Below, piece after piece: positions 27,902 to 37,965 of a stretch of DNA of 46,095 nucleotides; positions within the stretch are counted from its first letter, which is position 1, and each line of letters opens with the position of its first letter. A program made the position numbers and the translations under genes. The stretch is taken from assembly GCA_039683575.1 (NCBI GenBank), contig JBDKRC010000348.1, positions 1-46,095 on the forward strand, written 5' to 3'. The notes under the pieces were generated by a model. The model was not told the origin of the DNA. It did not search any database and saw only the letters and a program-made list of their open reading frames with translations. This DNA comes from Armatimonadia bacterium (lineage in GTDB: Bacteria > Armatimonadota > Zipacnadia > Zipacnadales > UBA11051).

Positions 27902-29818
27902 CTACCCAGGGGCGGGGGTGCCCTCAGCAGCGTCGAACCGCAGGGCCAGCGAACTGCGCCGCGGCATGCGGGCCGGCAGGGAGACGACCGGCGCGTCGGT
28001 CCAGAAGTCATGCGGCGTGCCGGAGAGGCCATACGTCTTCGGGTCGACCTCCAGCCGCGCCGTGCTTTCAGACCAGTTGAAGAGCCCGACGAGAGTGTCC
28101 GTTTCGCCCCGGCTGATCCAGATGCGCGGGAGGTCCTGGTCGCTGGTGAACAGGTCTACTGGCGTGGCGGGGCGGCGCGGCTGCAGCACGCGCCGGATCA
28201 TCGATATCGCGTTGGGGTCGAGCTGGCGGAGGGGGTCCCCCAGCATCACGTCACCGCCGCTGAGGTGTACAAGCAGCGCGTAGGTCCGCGCCTCCATCTC
28301 GTTCAACTCGCGACCGGACAGCCAGCCGCCGTCCGGCCCCAGCGGGGTCACCACCTGACGCTTCCCGTAGGGCGGCCGGGCGGTATCGGGGCCGCGTACC
28401 ACGAGGAAATCGGGGTCGCCGTTCCAGAGGTTGCCGGTCATCCACCAGCGGCCGGCCAGCGCCTGGGCGTTACGGAGCACATGCCCCCAGTAGATGTGGA
28501 TGTCGCCGGTCGTGCGCACTCCATCCACCAACCCCGTCACCGATTCAAAGGGCGCGCCGCACGCCAATAGATAGGCGTCGCCGCCGATCGCCTCGCGGAT
28601 GGCGGCGAAAGCGCGGCGGACGAGGTCGGCTCGGCCCACGCTTGGGTCTGCGAACCGCTCGGCCTTCAGGATACACTGGGTGAAGTCCACCTTGAAGTAG
28701 TCGAAGCCGGCTTCACGCAGGCGACCGAACACGGCACGAAGGTGGTCCAGTACTTCGGGCTGGGTCGGGTCGAGATAGGCCATAGGCCCGTAGGAGTAGC
28801 TGTCGGTGCGGAGTTGACCATCGGCCCGCGCGGCAAACCACTGGGGCTTCGCCAGGAACAGGGGGTTGTACGTATTCACCATCAGGGGCGCCGTCCAGAT
28901 GCCCGGGACACGCCCCTGGGCCTTCACGTGGCGGCAGAAGTCGGCGAGCCCCTCCGGGAACTTGGCGTTGGCGTCCCAACTGCCCCACTGCTGCTCCCAA
29001 CCTTCGTCAATGGCGAACACCTGCAGCGCATCACCGAAGAGCTCTGCGGCGGCCTCCAGGTTCTCATCCATCGCTTCCCGGGTGATCGCACCGCTGTAGT
29101 AGTCCCAGCTGTTCCAGCCCACGCACGGGGGGCGGGGAGAGGTGCGCGCGCGCAGTTCAGCCCACATCTCCCCGTAGCGCTGCATCAGGTGCGTCCCGTC
29201 AGCGCCAGCCATGGCGATTACTGGCGAGGTGAGCACGGCGTCGCCAGGAGCCACCTGACAATCAAAGCGATGGCGGATCTCGAAGCCGAAGCTACCCTCC
29301 AGATGCGGCTCCGAGTGGAGGGTGGTGAACTCGCTGAAGGCACTGCCGACCGGGGGCAGCACTCCCAGAAGCAGTGCCTCGCCGTCCTCCTGCTGGTACA
29401 CGGTCAGGATGCCGCTGGGTACCACGAAATCGAGGCCGAATGCCTTACGCCCCACGCCTTTGACGCCGGTCGCTAACGTTTCAAAGCTAGCACCGTGGAT
29501 AAGCTCTCTGAAGCGCCACGTCTGCAAAGCGGGGGAAAAGGTAGCCGGGCAGAACCGCCCAAAATGGACCGTGCGAAGCCGGAGTGGGGCCTGAGAGGCG
29601 TTGGCGACCTCCAGCGAGATAGCGCCCTGCGCGCCTTCCACCACTGTGAGGCGCCAGGGGCCGTGCTGACAACTCGGTCGGCCCTGCTGGTCGATCGTCC
29701 AGTCAGGCTGCACGCTTTCGTCATTCACCAGTACCGTTGCAGCGGCCTCGCCTCCCCAGGGGGTGGTGAGCGTCAGCGACCCTTCACGGAACCGCAAGGC
29801 GGATATCGACTCATTCAT
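27902..29818 (-). CDS. Alpha-galactosidase-like glycoside hydrolase (GH36/GH27)
   Basis: GWNSWDYY, IDEGW, KFPEGL, GIWTAP, LDPTQP, YFKVDF, RTTGD and NGDPD motifs. Confidence 0.88.
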   Translation of the reverse strand: MNESISALRFREGSLTLTTPWGGEAAATVLVNDESVQPDWTIDQQGRPSCQHGPWRLTVVEGAQGAISLEVANASQAPLRLRTVHFGRFCPATFSPALQTWRFRELIHGASFETLATGVKGVGRKAFGLDFVVPSGILTVYQQEDGEALLLGVLPPVGSAFSEFTTLHSEPHLEGSFGFEIRHRFDCQVAPGDAVLTSPVIAMAGADGTHLMQRYGEMWAELRARTSPRPPCVGWNSWDYYSGAITREAMDENLEAAAELFGDALQVFAIDEGWEQQWGSWDANAKFPEGLADFCRHVKAQGRVPGIWTAPLMVNTYNPLFLAKPQWFAARADGQLRTDSYSYGPMAYLDPTQPEVLDHLRAVFGRLREAGFDYFKVDFTQCILKAERFADPSVGRADLVRRAFAAIREAIGGDAYLLACGAPFESVTGLVDGVRTTGDIHIYWGHVLRNAQALAGRWWMTGNLWNGDPDFLVVRGPDTARPPYGKRQVVTPLGPDGGWLSGRELNEMEARTYALLVHLSGGDVMLGDPLRQLDPNAISMIRRVLQPRRPATPVDLFTSDQDLPRIWISRGETDTLVGLFNWSESTARLEVDPKTYGLSGTPHDFWTDAPVVSLPARMPRRSSLALRFDAAEGTPAPG

Positions 29819-29868
29819 CTCACAGCAACTCCTTCAACAAACTGGAACTCGCGCCGGGGCAGGTTTGC

Positions 29869-29940
29869 GACGCGCAGGGCTCCGGTACTAATCTGCGTGG
29901 TCCTCAGGACCATCTGCGGCAGCTGGTAAGCTTTGCGGCA
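29869..29940 (+). repeat. Degenerate partial copy (left part) of the 40662-40820 hairpin element
   Basis: GACGCGCAGGGCTCCGGTACTAATCTGC matches GCCCCGTAGGGTCCCAGAGCTAATCTGC at 20/28. ATCTGCGGCAGCTG resembles ATCTGCCTGGCAGCCG (40763). Confidence 0.4.
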
Positions 29941-29944
29941 TTGT

Positions 29945-30060
29945 TGTTGACTTCTCCGTCTACCCCGCGCCTCCTCCCTCGGCGGCCGCGCCAACGCCTA
30001 CTATCGTCAAGCCGCCTGACACCAGTTGCGGCGGAGATACCTCGGGCAGTTGCCCCCGGG
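29945..30060 (-). repeat. Copy 1 of a duplicated ~116-bp upstream module containing AGGA-N17-GAA
   Basis: First 34 nt are 29/34 identical to 39103-39136. Collinear blocks CGCCAA, ATACC and TGCCCCCGGG follow in both copies. Confidence 0.65.
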
Positions 30061-30102
30061 CCGGGAGGTGCGGGTGGCGCACACCTCGAATTGTGCGCGC
30101 AC

Positions 30103-30640
30103 ATGGCCTCCACAGCTCCCCAGACCGCTCTGAAAGCTCCGCCGCCACGCCTGCGCCTCGAGCAGGGCGGACTGCTGCTCGTGATCGTGCTACTCGGGGT
30201 CCTGCTGACCCTGCTGGCCGGCAGCCATGTCGATCTCCAGACTGGCCGCACAGTCGACAACTTCCTCAATGTCAACACGCTGCTGCAGACCGCCACCGAC
30301 GCCTCGTTCTTCGCGATCATGGCCGTGGGCGCCACCATGGTCGTCATCTCCGGAGGCATTGATCTCTCCGTCGGCTCCGTCTTGCCCTCTCAGGTGTGGG
30401 TATGGCGCTGGCACTGCGCGCGTGGCACCTTGACGGCTGCGCAGCGGTGCTGGGCGGGCTTGGCCTCTGCCTGGGGATCGGCCTCGTCTGCGGGTTGCTC
30501 AATGGCCTGCTCATCGTCAACTTGCGGGTACACCCGTTCGTCGTCACGCTGGGGACGATGTGGGTGTTCCGAGGCCTCGCGTTCGTCAGCAGCCGCGCCG
30601 AGAGCATTCTCATTCCCGACGCTCTGACCACTGTGGTCAC
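30103..30640 (+). pseudogene. Truncated, frameshifted sugar ABC transporter permease (RbsC family)
   Basis: AVGATMVVISGGIDLSVGSV, then a 1-nt frameshift at ~30382, then GLLNGLLIVNLRVHPFVVTLGTMWVFRGLA. Similarity ends at ~30640; the C-terminal half is missing. Confidence 0.85.
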
Positions 30641-30788
30641 GGACATGTTCGGCCGGCCAACCCAAGCCACCGGAACCATCACCCTTACGCAAGGCCCTGT
30701 TTTCGTGTTCGCACCGCGTCAATGGCGTTCATTCGCACCAGTCAGAAGACCCCCTGGGGGCTCTCCCAGGTCATCGGAGGACTTTCAC

Positions 30789-33700
30789 ATGTATGCATTA
30801 CGATGGAGCGTATTCGGCCTGCTGCTATTGGTGGCCACCGCTGGGTGGGGGCAGTTGCGGCAGGAAGTGAATTTGGGTGGGGATTGGGAGTTCGTAATGG
30901 TCAAGGACCTCGCGGATGGCCCGCCGGCGGACGGGTGGAAGCCATTTGCAGTCCCGGGTCACCTGTATACAGGCGCATGGTACCAGCGCGCCTGGTTCCG
31001 ACATGACTTTGAAGTTCCCCAATCCATGGGGGGCAGCCGCATCGTGCTGCATTTCGGCGGTATCAAGTGGAACAGCGTGGTGCGGGTCAACGGCCAGCAG
31101 GTCGGCGGCCATTTCGGTGGGTTTGAGCCTTTCGAAGTGGACATCACGGGGATCGCGAAACTCGGGGGCACAAACAGGCTGGAGGTTGGGTGCTGCGACT
31201 GGACCGGGGTTTTCAACGACCACAAGACCGAATTCCCCAGCGGCGGAGATGGGATGGGGCAGGTGAAGGATGAGGTTCTGGCGCCCTCCAGTATTAGCTG
31301 GTGGTGGGGCATATGGGACCAGGTTACGCTACGCGCCCGGCCGTCCGTGTACGTGAAGGATCTCTTCATCAAACCCTCAGTGCGCAAGCAATCGCTTCGG
31401 GTTGAGTATGTGCTTGGCAACGACGGCGACGCCGCTGTTACAGTTGCGCTGCTATCCTCTGTAGAAGATGCCGGTCAGACGTCCTTGCGCTTCCCAGAGC
31501 AGACGATCACCATCCCTGCGGGGGGAACCGCCTCCGCGGTGGTCGAAGCACCGTGGCAGAACGCTCATCGATGGTCTACGGAAGACCCCTATCTATACTT
31601 TCTCAGCACACAACTTGACCAGAATGGAAAATCGTTGGACGCTCTGCGCACGCGTTTTGGCTTCCGCGAGTTCTGGATCGAAGGCAAGGATTACATCCTC
31701 AATGGTTCACGCATACATTTGTTCGGGACATCGTGGTTTCCCGAGCTATATGGGAAAAAATACTGCACCAGAGACAAAGACTACATCCGGCAGCGTCTGC
31801 TCGCGGCCAAGGCTGCCAACTGCGTGATCCTGCGAACGCAGACGCAGCCGTGGCCGGAGCTCTGGTATGAGACCGCGGACGAGGTTGGCCTGTTGATGAT
31901 CCCGGAAGGCGCCGTGTATGGGGACTATCACGACTACCGTGTCAATGATCCTCGTTTTTGGGATAACTTCGCCGCGCATTTGAAAGCTGAGGTGGATCGC
32001 GACAAGAACAAACCGTCGGTCGTGATGTATAGCATTGAGAACGAGTTCTTCTTCTTGTCGAACCAGGATCTTGCTGAACCGGTCACCAAGGGCCTGGCGC
32101 GGATGGGGCAGTTCATGCACCAGTGGGATCCAACCCGTCCGATCTACTACGAAGCCGACGGTGACCCGATGGGTGTGGCGGACGCCATTAGCCTTCACTA
32201 CCCTCATGAGCGTCCAGATTTCAACCAATGGCCGAACACTGCCTACTGGCTCGATCAGCCCCTGCACTACAATCTCCTCGTCCCCACCGCTCAGGCACAG
32301 CATGACTGGCTCTGGGATCGCCAGAAGCCACTGTACATCGGCGAGTTCGGATGGGCACCGTCGTCAGATCCCTCCCCCCACACGGTCTTTTGCGGCGATG
32401 AGGCCTACCTCGACCACCGGCACTTCCGGGCGAAAGCGAAAGCCGATGCCTGGCGAATGTGGATACAGGCTTACCGGCAGTGCGAGGTCAGCGGGATAGC
32501 GCCGTGGTCGATGAACGAGGAGTCTGCTGACCTCTTCGAGGCTAGTCTGCTTGACGAGGCACACAATCCGCCATACGCGGCCCAAAAATACGCCACCCAA
32601 CACCTGGCAGCCTATGTGCGAGAGTACGATCACAACTTCTACGCTCGGGAGAAGGTCACTCGCACGGCGGATGTCTACAATGACATCCTCAGCCCGTCTA
32701 CGCTGACGGTGGAATGGGCGCTGTTGGGCAGCGACAACGCCGTGCTCCAGCAGGACGAGACGAATCTGACCATGCAGCCGGGAGAGCGGCGCGAGTTACA
32801 GTTCACGTTGCGCATGCCGCCAGCTACCACCCGGCGGGAACTCACCCTGCAGTTGAAGATCCGGCGTGAGGGTAAGCAGGTCTTTGAGGATACCAAGTCG
32901 TGGTCGGTCTTTCCGGCGCTGTCGCTCAAGAGCCCCGAGACGGTGGCGCTGTATGACCCGCAGGGACGGACCCGGCAAGCGCTTGCCAGCCACGGCTTGA
33001 ATACCATCACCGTCAATGACCTCAGCCATATTCCAGCCGGCGTGAAGATGCTGGTCGTCGGCGCCGGCGCGACAGGTTCCGGCACTGGAGGGGTCCCGGT
33101 GATCGGCGGGGCAGATCACGCCAATCCCCTGCTTGCCTTCGCACGTAAGGGGGGCCGGGTGCTCGTTCTAGAACAGGAGGGCGATCCGCAGGGCATACTG
33201 CCAGTCTCGGCTGGCAACCGGGCATCCACGATGACCTTTGCGCAGATGCCGCAGCACCCGCTGCTAAAAGGCCTCGCACCGCTGGACTTGAAGTGGTGGC
33301 GGCCGGACAATCTGGTCAGCGTGAACGAGCCACCGCGCCCGGGGGGAGGCTTTCGCGCGGTGGTCACTGCCGGCAGCGACAAGGGCGTGGCCTACGCGCC
33401 GCTTCTGGAGTCGCCTGTGGGCCAGGGGGTGCTGGTGCTTTCGCAGTTGCGCATCTCCGAGAGGCTCGGGGTCGAGCCGGCGGCGGGGATCCTGCTGCAG
33501 AACGCGCTGGACTATCTGGCAGCCTATGAGCCGGACACCCCTCGAACGGCGCTCTACTGCCCCACTTCGGCGACGAGATCGTTTCTGGACGGCATCGGTC
33601 TTCTGGCAACAGACATCACCGCCGACCCGAGCAAAGCCGACTGGCAGGCAATGCAATTGCTGATCGCTTGCGGCCCCCTAGGCGGCCTCGGCTCGTACGG

Positions 33701-34538
33701 CGATCAGATCGCCGAACTGCTGAGACGTGGAGGCACAGTACTACTGCACGGTCTTCGTCCCCAGGATTTTGCCGCGCTGAGTCCCATAGTTGGTACGGAC
33801 CTGATCTTGGCCCCCAGTCATGGGCCGGTAAAGAAGCTCCCGGTGGCGAGTCCGCTATCAGAGTGCCTCACCAATGAGGACCTCTACTGGCTGGGAAAGA
33901 GGGCCTCGCTCTGTTGGGTAGCTAGTGCTCTTGCCACCAACACGACAGATTTCGCTCTGTCCGCCGCCCCCGGCCGTACTCTTCCCGAAGGGGTCACCTT
34001 CCTAACCTCGCCGGCAGCCCTGGCGGTGATGCAGCGTGGGGCAGGGCGGATCGTGCTTGACAGTATCAACTGGGACAGCACTTCGGATAACACCCTGAAG
34101 GCCACGCGGTATTGCGCGGGGCTGCTGACGGGCCTGGGCGCGCAGTTCCGGACAAGTGGCGCTGTCATCCAGGCAAACAGCTTGCCTCACGACCCGACGA
34201 TGTACTGGTACCGCGTTGACCCCGACGCGGCGTACCTGGGTGACAAGGGATACATCAGCGCGCGGATTCGGTGTCTTGACGCCGGGCGCTACGCGTTTCA
34301 AATCGTCGCCAGGGGAACGCCGCTCAAAGGCGTCTACCCCGTCGTTGAGATGTCCGTGGACGGCAAGGTCGTAGGGCAGGTGGAGACCAAGAGCGACGGC
34401 TGGTGGGCTTTCCCGCTGACCGTAGACATGGCCGAGGGGACACACGAGATCCGCTTCGCCTACATCAATGATGAGTACCAGCCCCCTGAGAACCGCGACC
34501 TGTGGATCTCCCGGATAGAGATCGCCGCCGAGCAGTAA
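30789..34538 (+). CDS. Secreted glycoside hydrolase family 2 protein with C-terminal CBM-like module
   Basis: RBS GGAGGA and signal peptide; LHFGGI...VNG...HFGGFEPFEVDIT, PYLYFL, FGFREFW, YSIENE (acid/base) and YIGEFG (nucleophile). C-terminal YINDE...NRDLWI is CBM60-like. Confidence 0.9.
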   Translation: MYALRWSVFGLLLLVATAGWGQLRQEVNLGGDWEFVMVKDLADGPPADGWKPFAVPGHLYTGAWYQRAWFRHDFEVPQSMGGSRIVLHFGGIKWNSVVRVNGQQVGGHFGGFEPFEVDITGIAKLGGTNRLEVGCCDWTGVFNDHKTEFPSGGDGMGQVKDEVLAPSSISWWWGIWDQVTLRARPSVYVKDLFIKPSVRKQSLRVEYVLGNDGDAAVTVALLSSVEDAGQTSLRFPEQTITIPAGGTASAVVEAPWQNAHRWSTEDPYLYFLSTQLDQNGKSLDALRTRFGFREFWIEGKDYILNGSRIHLFGTSWFPELYGKKYCTRDKDYIRQRLLAAKAANCVILRTQTQPWPELWYETADEVGLLMIPEGAVYGDYHDYRVNDPRFWDNFAAHLKAEVDRDKNKPSVVMYSIENEFFFLSNQDLAEPVTKGLARMGQFMHQWDPTRPIYYEADGDPMGVADAISLHYPHERPDFNQWPNTAYWLDQPLHYNLLVPTAQAQHDWLWDRQKPLYIGEFGWAPSSDPSPHTVFCGDEAYLDHRHFRAKAKADAWRMWIQAYRQCEVSGIAPWSMNEESADLFEASLLDEAHNPPYAAQKYATQHLAAYVREYDHNFYAREKVTRTADVYNDILSPSTLTVEWALLGSDNAVLQQDETNLTMQPGERRELQFTLRMPPATTRRELTLQLKIRREGKQVFEDTKSWSVFPALSLKSPETVALYDPQGRTRQALASHGLNTITVNDLSHIPAGVKMLVVGAGATGSGTGGVPVIGGADHANPLLAFARKGGRVLVLEQEGDPQGILPVSAGNRASTMTFAQMPQHPLLKGLAPLDLKWWRPDNLVSVNEPPRPGGGFRAVVTAGSDKGVAYAPLLESPVGQGVLVLSQLRISERLGVEPAAGILLQNALDYLAAYEPDTPRTALYCPTSATRSFLDGIGLLATDITADPSKADWQAMQLLIACGPLGGLGSYGDQIAELLRRGGTVLLHGLRPQDFAALSPIVGTDLILAPSHGPVKKLPVASPLSECLTNEDLYWLGKRASLCWVASALATNTTDFALSAAPGRTLPEGVTFLTSPAALAVMQRGAGRIVLDSINWDSTSDNTLKATRYCAGLLTGLGAQFRTSGAVIQANSLPHDPTMYWYRVDPDAAYLGDKGYISARIRCLDAGRYAFQIVARGTPLKGVYPVVEMSVDGKVVGQVETKSDGWWAFPLTVDMAEGTHEIRFAYINDEYQPPENRDLWISRIEIAAEQ

Positions 34539-34546
34539 TCGCGAGA

Positions 34547-34583
34547 GTTTGGGGACCCTACGAGGTATCTCACTGGCAACTGG
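34547..34583 (+). repeat. Solo right-end copy of the hairpin element at the GH2/ATPase junction
   Basis: 34547-34569 is 19/23 identical to 40798-40820. 34561-34583 is a 19/23 inverted match to 30022-30044. Confidence 0.55.
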
Positions 34584-35082
34584 GCTGGTGCCCGAGGACC
34601 GCAAGCGGCACGGGCTGGTGCCGGGGATGTCAGTGGCGGATAACCTGGCGCTACCGATCATGGGGCGGCTGGCGAAGCTGGGCTGGCTGAACCGCCGCGA
34701 ACTGCGGGCGCTGACAGAGAGGTATCTCCGGCGACTGCGCGTGCGGGCGTCTGGGCCGGCGGCGATGGTGTCGGCGCTGTCGGGAGGCAATCAGCAGAAG
34801 GTGATGCTGTCGCGCTGGCTTGCGGCGGAGTGCCGGGTGCTGATCCTGGACGAGCCGACGCGCGGCGTGGATGTCGGCGCCAAGGCGGAGATACATGCAC
34901 TGATCGACGAACTAGCCGCGCAAGGGATGGGCGTGTTGCTCATCTCCAGCGAACTGCCGGAGTTGCTGCATCTCTCCACGCGCCTGCTGGTCATGCACGA
35001 CGGCCGCCTGGTGGCCGAACTAGCACGCGACGAGATGGGCCAGGAGCGCGTGCTGCGCCTGATGGGCGGCTGGGCGACTTAG
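34582..35082 (+). pseudogene. 3' remnant of a sugar ABC transporter ATP-binding protein (RbsA family)
   Basis: GLVPEDRK...LSGGNQQKV...LILDEPTRGVDVGAK...ISSELPEL. The first ATPase domain and a genuine start are missing. Confidence 0.88.
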
Positions 35083-35131
35083 CACGAGCTTTGAGGTGTC
35101 TTCGACGCGGCTTTCCGGGTCTTTGCCGTCG

Positions 35132-35869
35132 CTACAGTCCGCCTATGCTGCGTCCGCCGTCAATGACGTAGTTCGCGCCGGTGGCGAAGGCCGCTTCGTC
35201 CGAACAGAGGTATAGAATCAGGCTCACGATCTCGCCCGGTTCGGCGGCTCTGCCGAGGCGCGTCTTCATGTTCGCCATCGCCGGGCGCGTGAGGACGGGG
35301 CCGGGCGAGACGCAGCAGGACCTGATGCCATGTGGCGCGCCGTAAAGGGCCAGGGACTTGGTCAGCCCGATCATCCCGGACTTGGCGGCGCCGTAGTCGA
35401 GGGAATATGACCCCGTGACGCCGTCCACTGACCCCATGTTGATGACCACCCCGCTCTTCTGCTCGATCATCGGCCCCAGCACGGCGTGACAGAAGTAGAC
35501 AGCGCCCTTGAGGTTCACATCGAGGCCCCAGTCAATGACCTCGATGGGGAGTTCGTGGAAACACTCCGAACGCCCGAGCACGCGCGACGAGCAGCCGCCC
35601 GCGCTGTTGAGGAGGATGTCAACACGGCCATATCGCTCCATCGCCGTCGACACGGCGCCCTCAACCTGGTCGTAGCAGCGCACATCCACCTGCACGCCTA
35701 TGGCCTCGCCGCCCTGCTCGCAGATGCCCGAGGCAGCAGCCTTCACTGCCTCCTCATTGACATCGGTGAGGACGACACGAGCGCCCTCGGCGGCGAGCCG
35801 CTGGGAGGTCAGAAGGGCCATGCCGGAGGCTGCTCCGGTTACAATCGCCACCCGATCTGCGAATCTCAT
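35132..35869 (-). CDS. SDR family NAD(P)-dependent oxidoreductase
   Basis: TGAASGMA, LLNSAG, YxxxK (YGAAK) and IDGG motifs. RBS AAGGAG precedes ATG 35869. Confidence 0.92.
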   Translation of the reverse strand: MRFADRVAIVTGAASGMALLTSQRLAAEGARVVLTDVNEEAVKAAASGICEQGGEAIGVQVDVRCYDQVEGAVSTAMERYGRVDILLNSAGGCSSRVLGRSECFHELPIEVIDWGLDVNLKGAVYFCHAVLGPMIEQKSGVVINMGSVDGVTGSYSLDYGAAKSGMIGLTKSLALYGAPHGIRSCCVSPGPVLTRPAMANMKTRLGRAAEPGEIVSLILYLCSDEAAFATGANYVIDGGRSIGGL

Positions 35870-35903
35870 GCTGTGCTCCTTGACTGAACGGTTCAGCTTC
35901 TCT

Positions 35904-35944
35904 GGGGCCGGATGGCAACGGCAAGACTGTTGGCATTCGGCCCC
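35904..35944. other. Intercistronic stem-loop
   Basis: GGGGCCGGATGGCAAC and GTTGGCATTCGGCCCC are a 14/16 inverted match between the QOR and SDR genes. Confidence 0.45.
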
Positions 35945-35963
35945 TCCGTACAAATTGCGCGCC

Positions 35964-36923
35964 CTATGGGTTGGTCAGCACAACCTTCCCGAGGTTCTCC
36001 CGCCGTTGAAGGATGGCGTGGGCCTCCTCGGCCCGGGTCATCGGCAGCATGGCGTGGATGACCGGCTTGATCGTGCCAGCCGAGAACGCGCTCCACAGCA
36101 CTCGCTCCAGCCCGACGAGAACCTCGGCCTTCATCTCGGGCGTGCGGCTTCTGAGCGTGCTGCCGATGAGCCGCAGGCCCCGCCTGAAGAACAGGTTCAT
36201 GTCCAGCTCCGTCCTCGCACCGCCCATTGTCGCGATCACGATCCAGCGACCGCCGGCGGCCATCTTCTCCACACAGCGTCCGAGATCCGGGCCGCCGATG
36301 CAGTCGAGGGCGATGTCCACCGGGTGCTCGCCCATTGCGGCGGCGAGGTCGTCGGTCGTGCGGTTGATGACGATATCGGCGCCGAGGCTGCGGACGAACG
36401 CGGCCTTCTCCTCGGTGCTCACGGTCGTCATCACCGTGCCGCCAAGCGTCTTCACCAGTTGTATCGCAGCCATGCCGAGGCCGCTGGCCCCGGCCTGGAT
36501 GAGCACGGTGTCCCCTGCCTTCAGGCCACCTTCGAGGCAGAGGTTCAGATACGAGGTGGCGAACGCCTCCGGGATAGCGGCAGCCTGAACCATCGTCAGG
36601 CCTTCAGGAACCGGCAGGACCATGCCCGCTGGCACGGCCACCCGTTCGGCATAGCCGCCCCCGCCGAGCAGAGCGCAGACCTTGTCGCCGACGTGAAACC
36701 TGCTGTCTTCGGGGGCGTGGCCAACCACTCCCGCCACCTCAAGGCCCATCCACTCAGGCCAGCCCGGCGGCGGCGGATAGTCTCCGGCGCGCTGCATGAG
36801 GTCGGCGCGGTTGAGCGCAGCGGCGTGGACGTCAATCACGACCTCGCCGTCAGCAGGGACGGGATCGGGAACTTCGCTCCAGACGAGCGACTGGTCTTCG
36901 GCTATCAGAATTGCGTGCATCAT
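35964..36923 (-). CDS. NAD(P)H:quinone oxidoreductase (PIG3/QOR-like MDR)
   Basis: ALNRADLMQRAGDYPPPPG, GLEVAG, GGGYAE, AAAIPE, AGASGLG, GSTLRSR and GKVVL motifs. Confidence 0.92.
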   Translation of the reverse strand: MMHAILIAEDQSLVWSEVPDPVPADGEVVIDVHAAALNRADLMQRAGDYPPPPGWPEWMGLEVAGVVGHAPEDSRFHVGDKVCALLGGGGYAERVAVPAGMVLPVPEGLTMVQAAAIPEAFATSYLNLCLEGGLKAGDTVLIQAGASGLGMAAIQLVKTLGGTVMTTVSTEEKAAFVRSLGADIVINRTTDDLAAAMGEHPVDIALDCIGGPDLGRCVEKMAAGGRWIVIATMGGARTELDMNLFFRRGLRLIGSTLRSRTPEMKAEVLVGLERVLWSAFSAGTIKPVIHAMLPMTRAEEAHAILQRRENLGKVVLTNP

Positions 36924-36957
36924 TTGTCTCCAGACTTCATCTCCCCGGCCGCACGGG

Positions 36958-37965
36958 TCATGCGTTCCACTGCGTGTAACCCGCGGCGGCGAGAACGACC
37001 TCTTCGACTAGCAATTCGTGTTCGTACGGATACGGGTTTTCGATCTCACCGTTGATGATGTGGGCCAACTCGACCAACTGGTCGTCGTAGCGGTAGTTCA
37101 TGATCCCGGCGTTGACCATGTGAGTGCCAGCCGCATACTCCGCGTTCGCATCCTGCAGTGTCAGCCGCACCTGTAAGGGGTCGTGCCGGAAACGGTCCCA
37201 GTGGCGCTCCAGCGGGTAGACCTCTGCCGTCCCCTTCGTCCCGCACACGATCAGCCGGCGATGCTTCATGCCGTCCACTTCGGCTATCGAGGCCCGGATG
37301 GTGGCCGTCGCGCGCGGGTACTCCAGCACCGCCAGCCCGTTGTCGTTTAGACCGTCGTCGCGGGTGGCCTTCTGGAAGGACACGACGTTGTCCGGCCGCC
37401 CGAGCATCGTGATTACCAGGTCAATCAGGTGGCTGCCAAAGTTGAACATCGCCCCGCCGGGAAAGCGGACCAGGAACCGGCGATAGTCGTCATCGTCCCA
37501 GCGGCTCATCACCGTGTGCACCTCAAAGATGTCGCCCAGCCAGCCCTCGCGCACCGCCCGGAAGCACAACTGGATCGCCGGGTTGACGCGGTACATGTAG
37601 CCCAGTTGCAGTGCCACTGCCCTGGCCTGACAACCCTCTACCAGGCGCTGGAACGGCTCCCATGCTTCGCTGCCGGGCTTGTCCAAGTGCATGTGTAGCC
37701 CATGCTCCATGCAGCGGGTGGCCGTGGCCACGAGTTCGGTCATGTCCGTCTCGACCGCTATAGCTCGCAGTCCGGGAGTGCTGAAGAGCTGCTCCTCCGT
37801 CATCCTCTCCACACCGTCATAGGTCGGATGCGCCGCTTCAGCGGCCCCGTCTTCGGCCACAAGCCCAACCACCTCGTAGTGGTCCGTCAGCCGCCGCAGC
37901 GCGTCCATTTTGCCGGAAGCGTGTTCGTGCCGGACGCCAATCTGCCCAATCTTGATCCTGTTCAT
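36958..37965 (-). CDS. Gfo/Idh/MocA family oxidoreductase
   Basis: IGQIGVRHEHA, HLDKPG, LGYMYR and GSHLID motifs. The start shares an ATGA overlap with the upstream stop. Confidence 0.9.
   Translation of the reverse strand: MNRIKIGQIGVRHEHASGKMDALRRLTDHYEVVGLVAEDGAAEAAHPTYDGVERMTEEQLFSTPGLRAIAVETDMTELVATATRCMEHGLHMHLDKPGSEAWEPFQRLVEGCQARAVALQLGYMYRVNPAIQLCFRAVREGWLGDIFEVHTVMSRWDDDDYRRFLVRFPGGAMFNFGSHLIDLVITMLGRPDNVVSFQKATRDDGLNDNGLAVLEYPRATATIRASIAEVDGMKHRRLIVCGTKGTAEVYPLERHWDRFRHDPLQVRLTLQDANAEYAAGTHMVNAGIMNYRYDDQLVELAHIINGEIENPYPYEHELLVEEVVLAAAGYTQWNA

Noticed and set aside
30396-34538. 1380-aa ORF as a single genuine gene
   Set aside because: It merges a permease remnant, a foreign tail and the GH2 gene, which has its own RBS and signal peptide at 30789.
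34719-34730. GAGGTATCTCCG matching the reverse complement of the 30032-30043 repeat arm
   Set aside because: Lies inside ATPase coding sequence (ERYLR); a 12-mer match here is plausibly chance.
35101-35128. Minus-strand GCAAAG-N17-GAA promoter-like motif
   Set aside because: Weak match and no minus-strand gene downstream of it.
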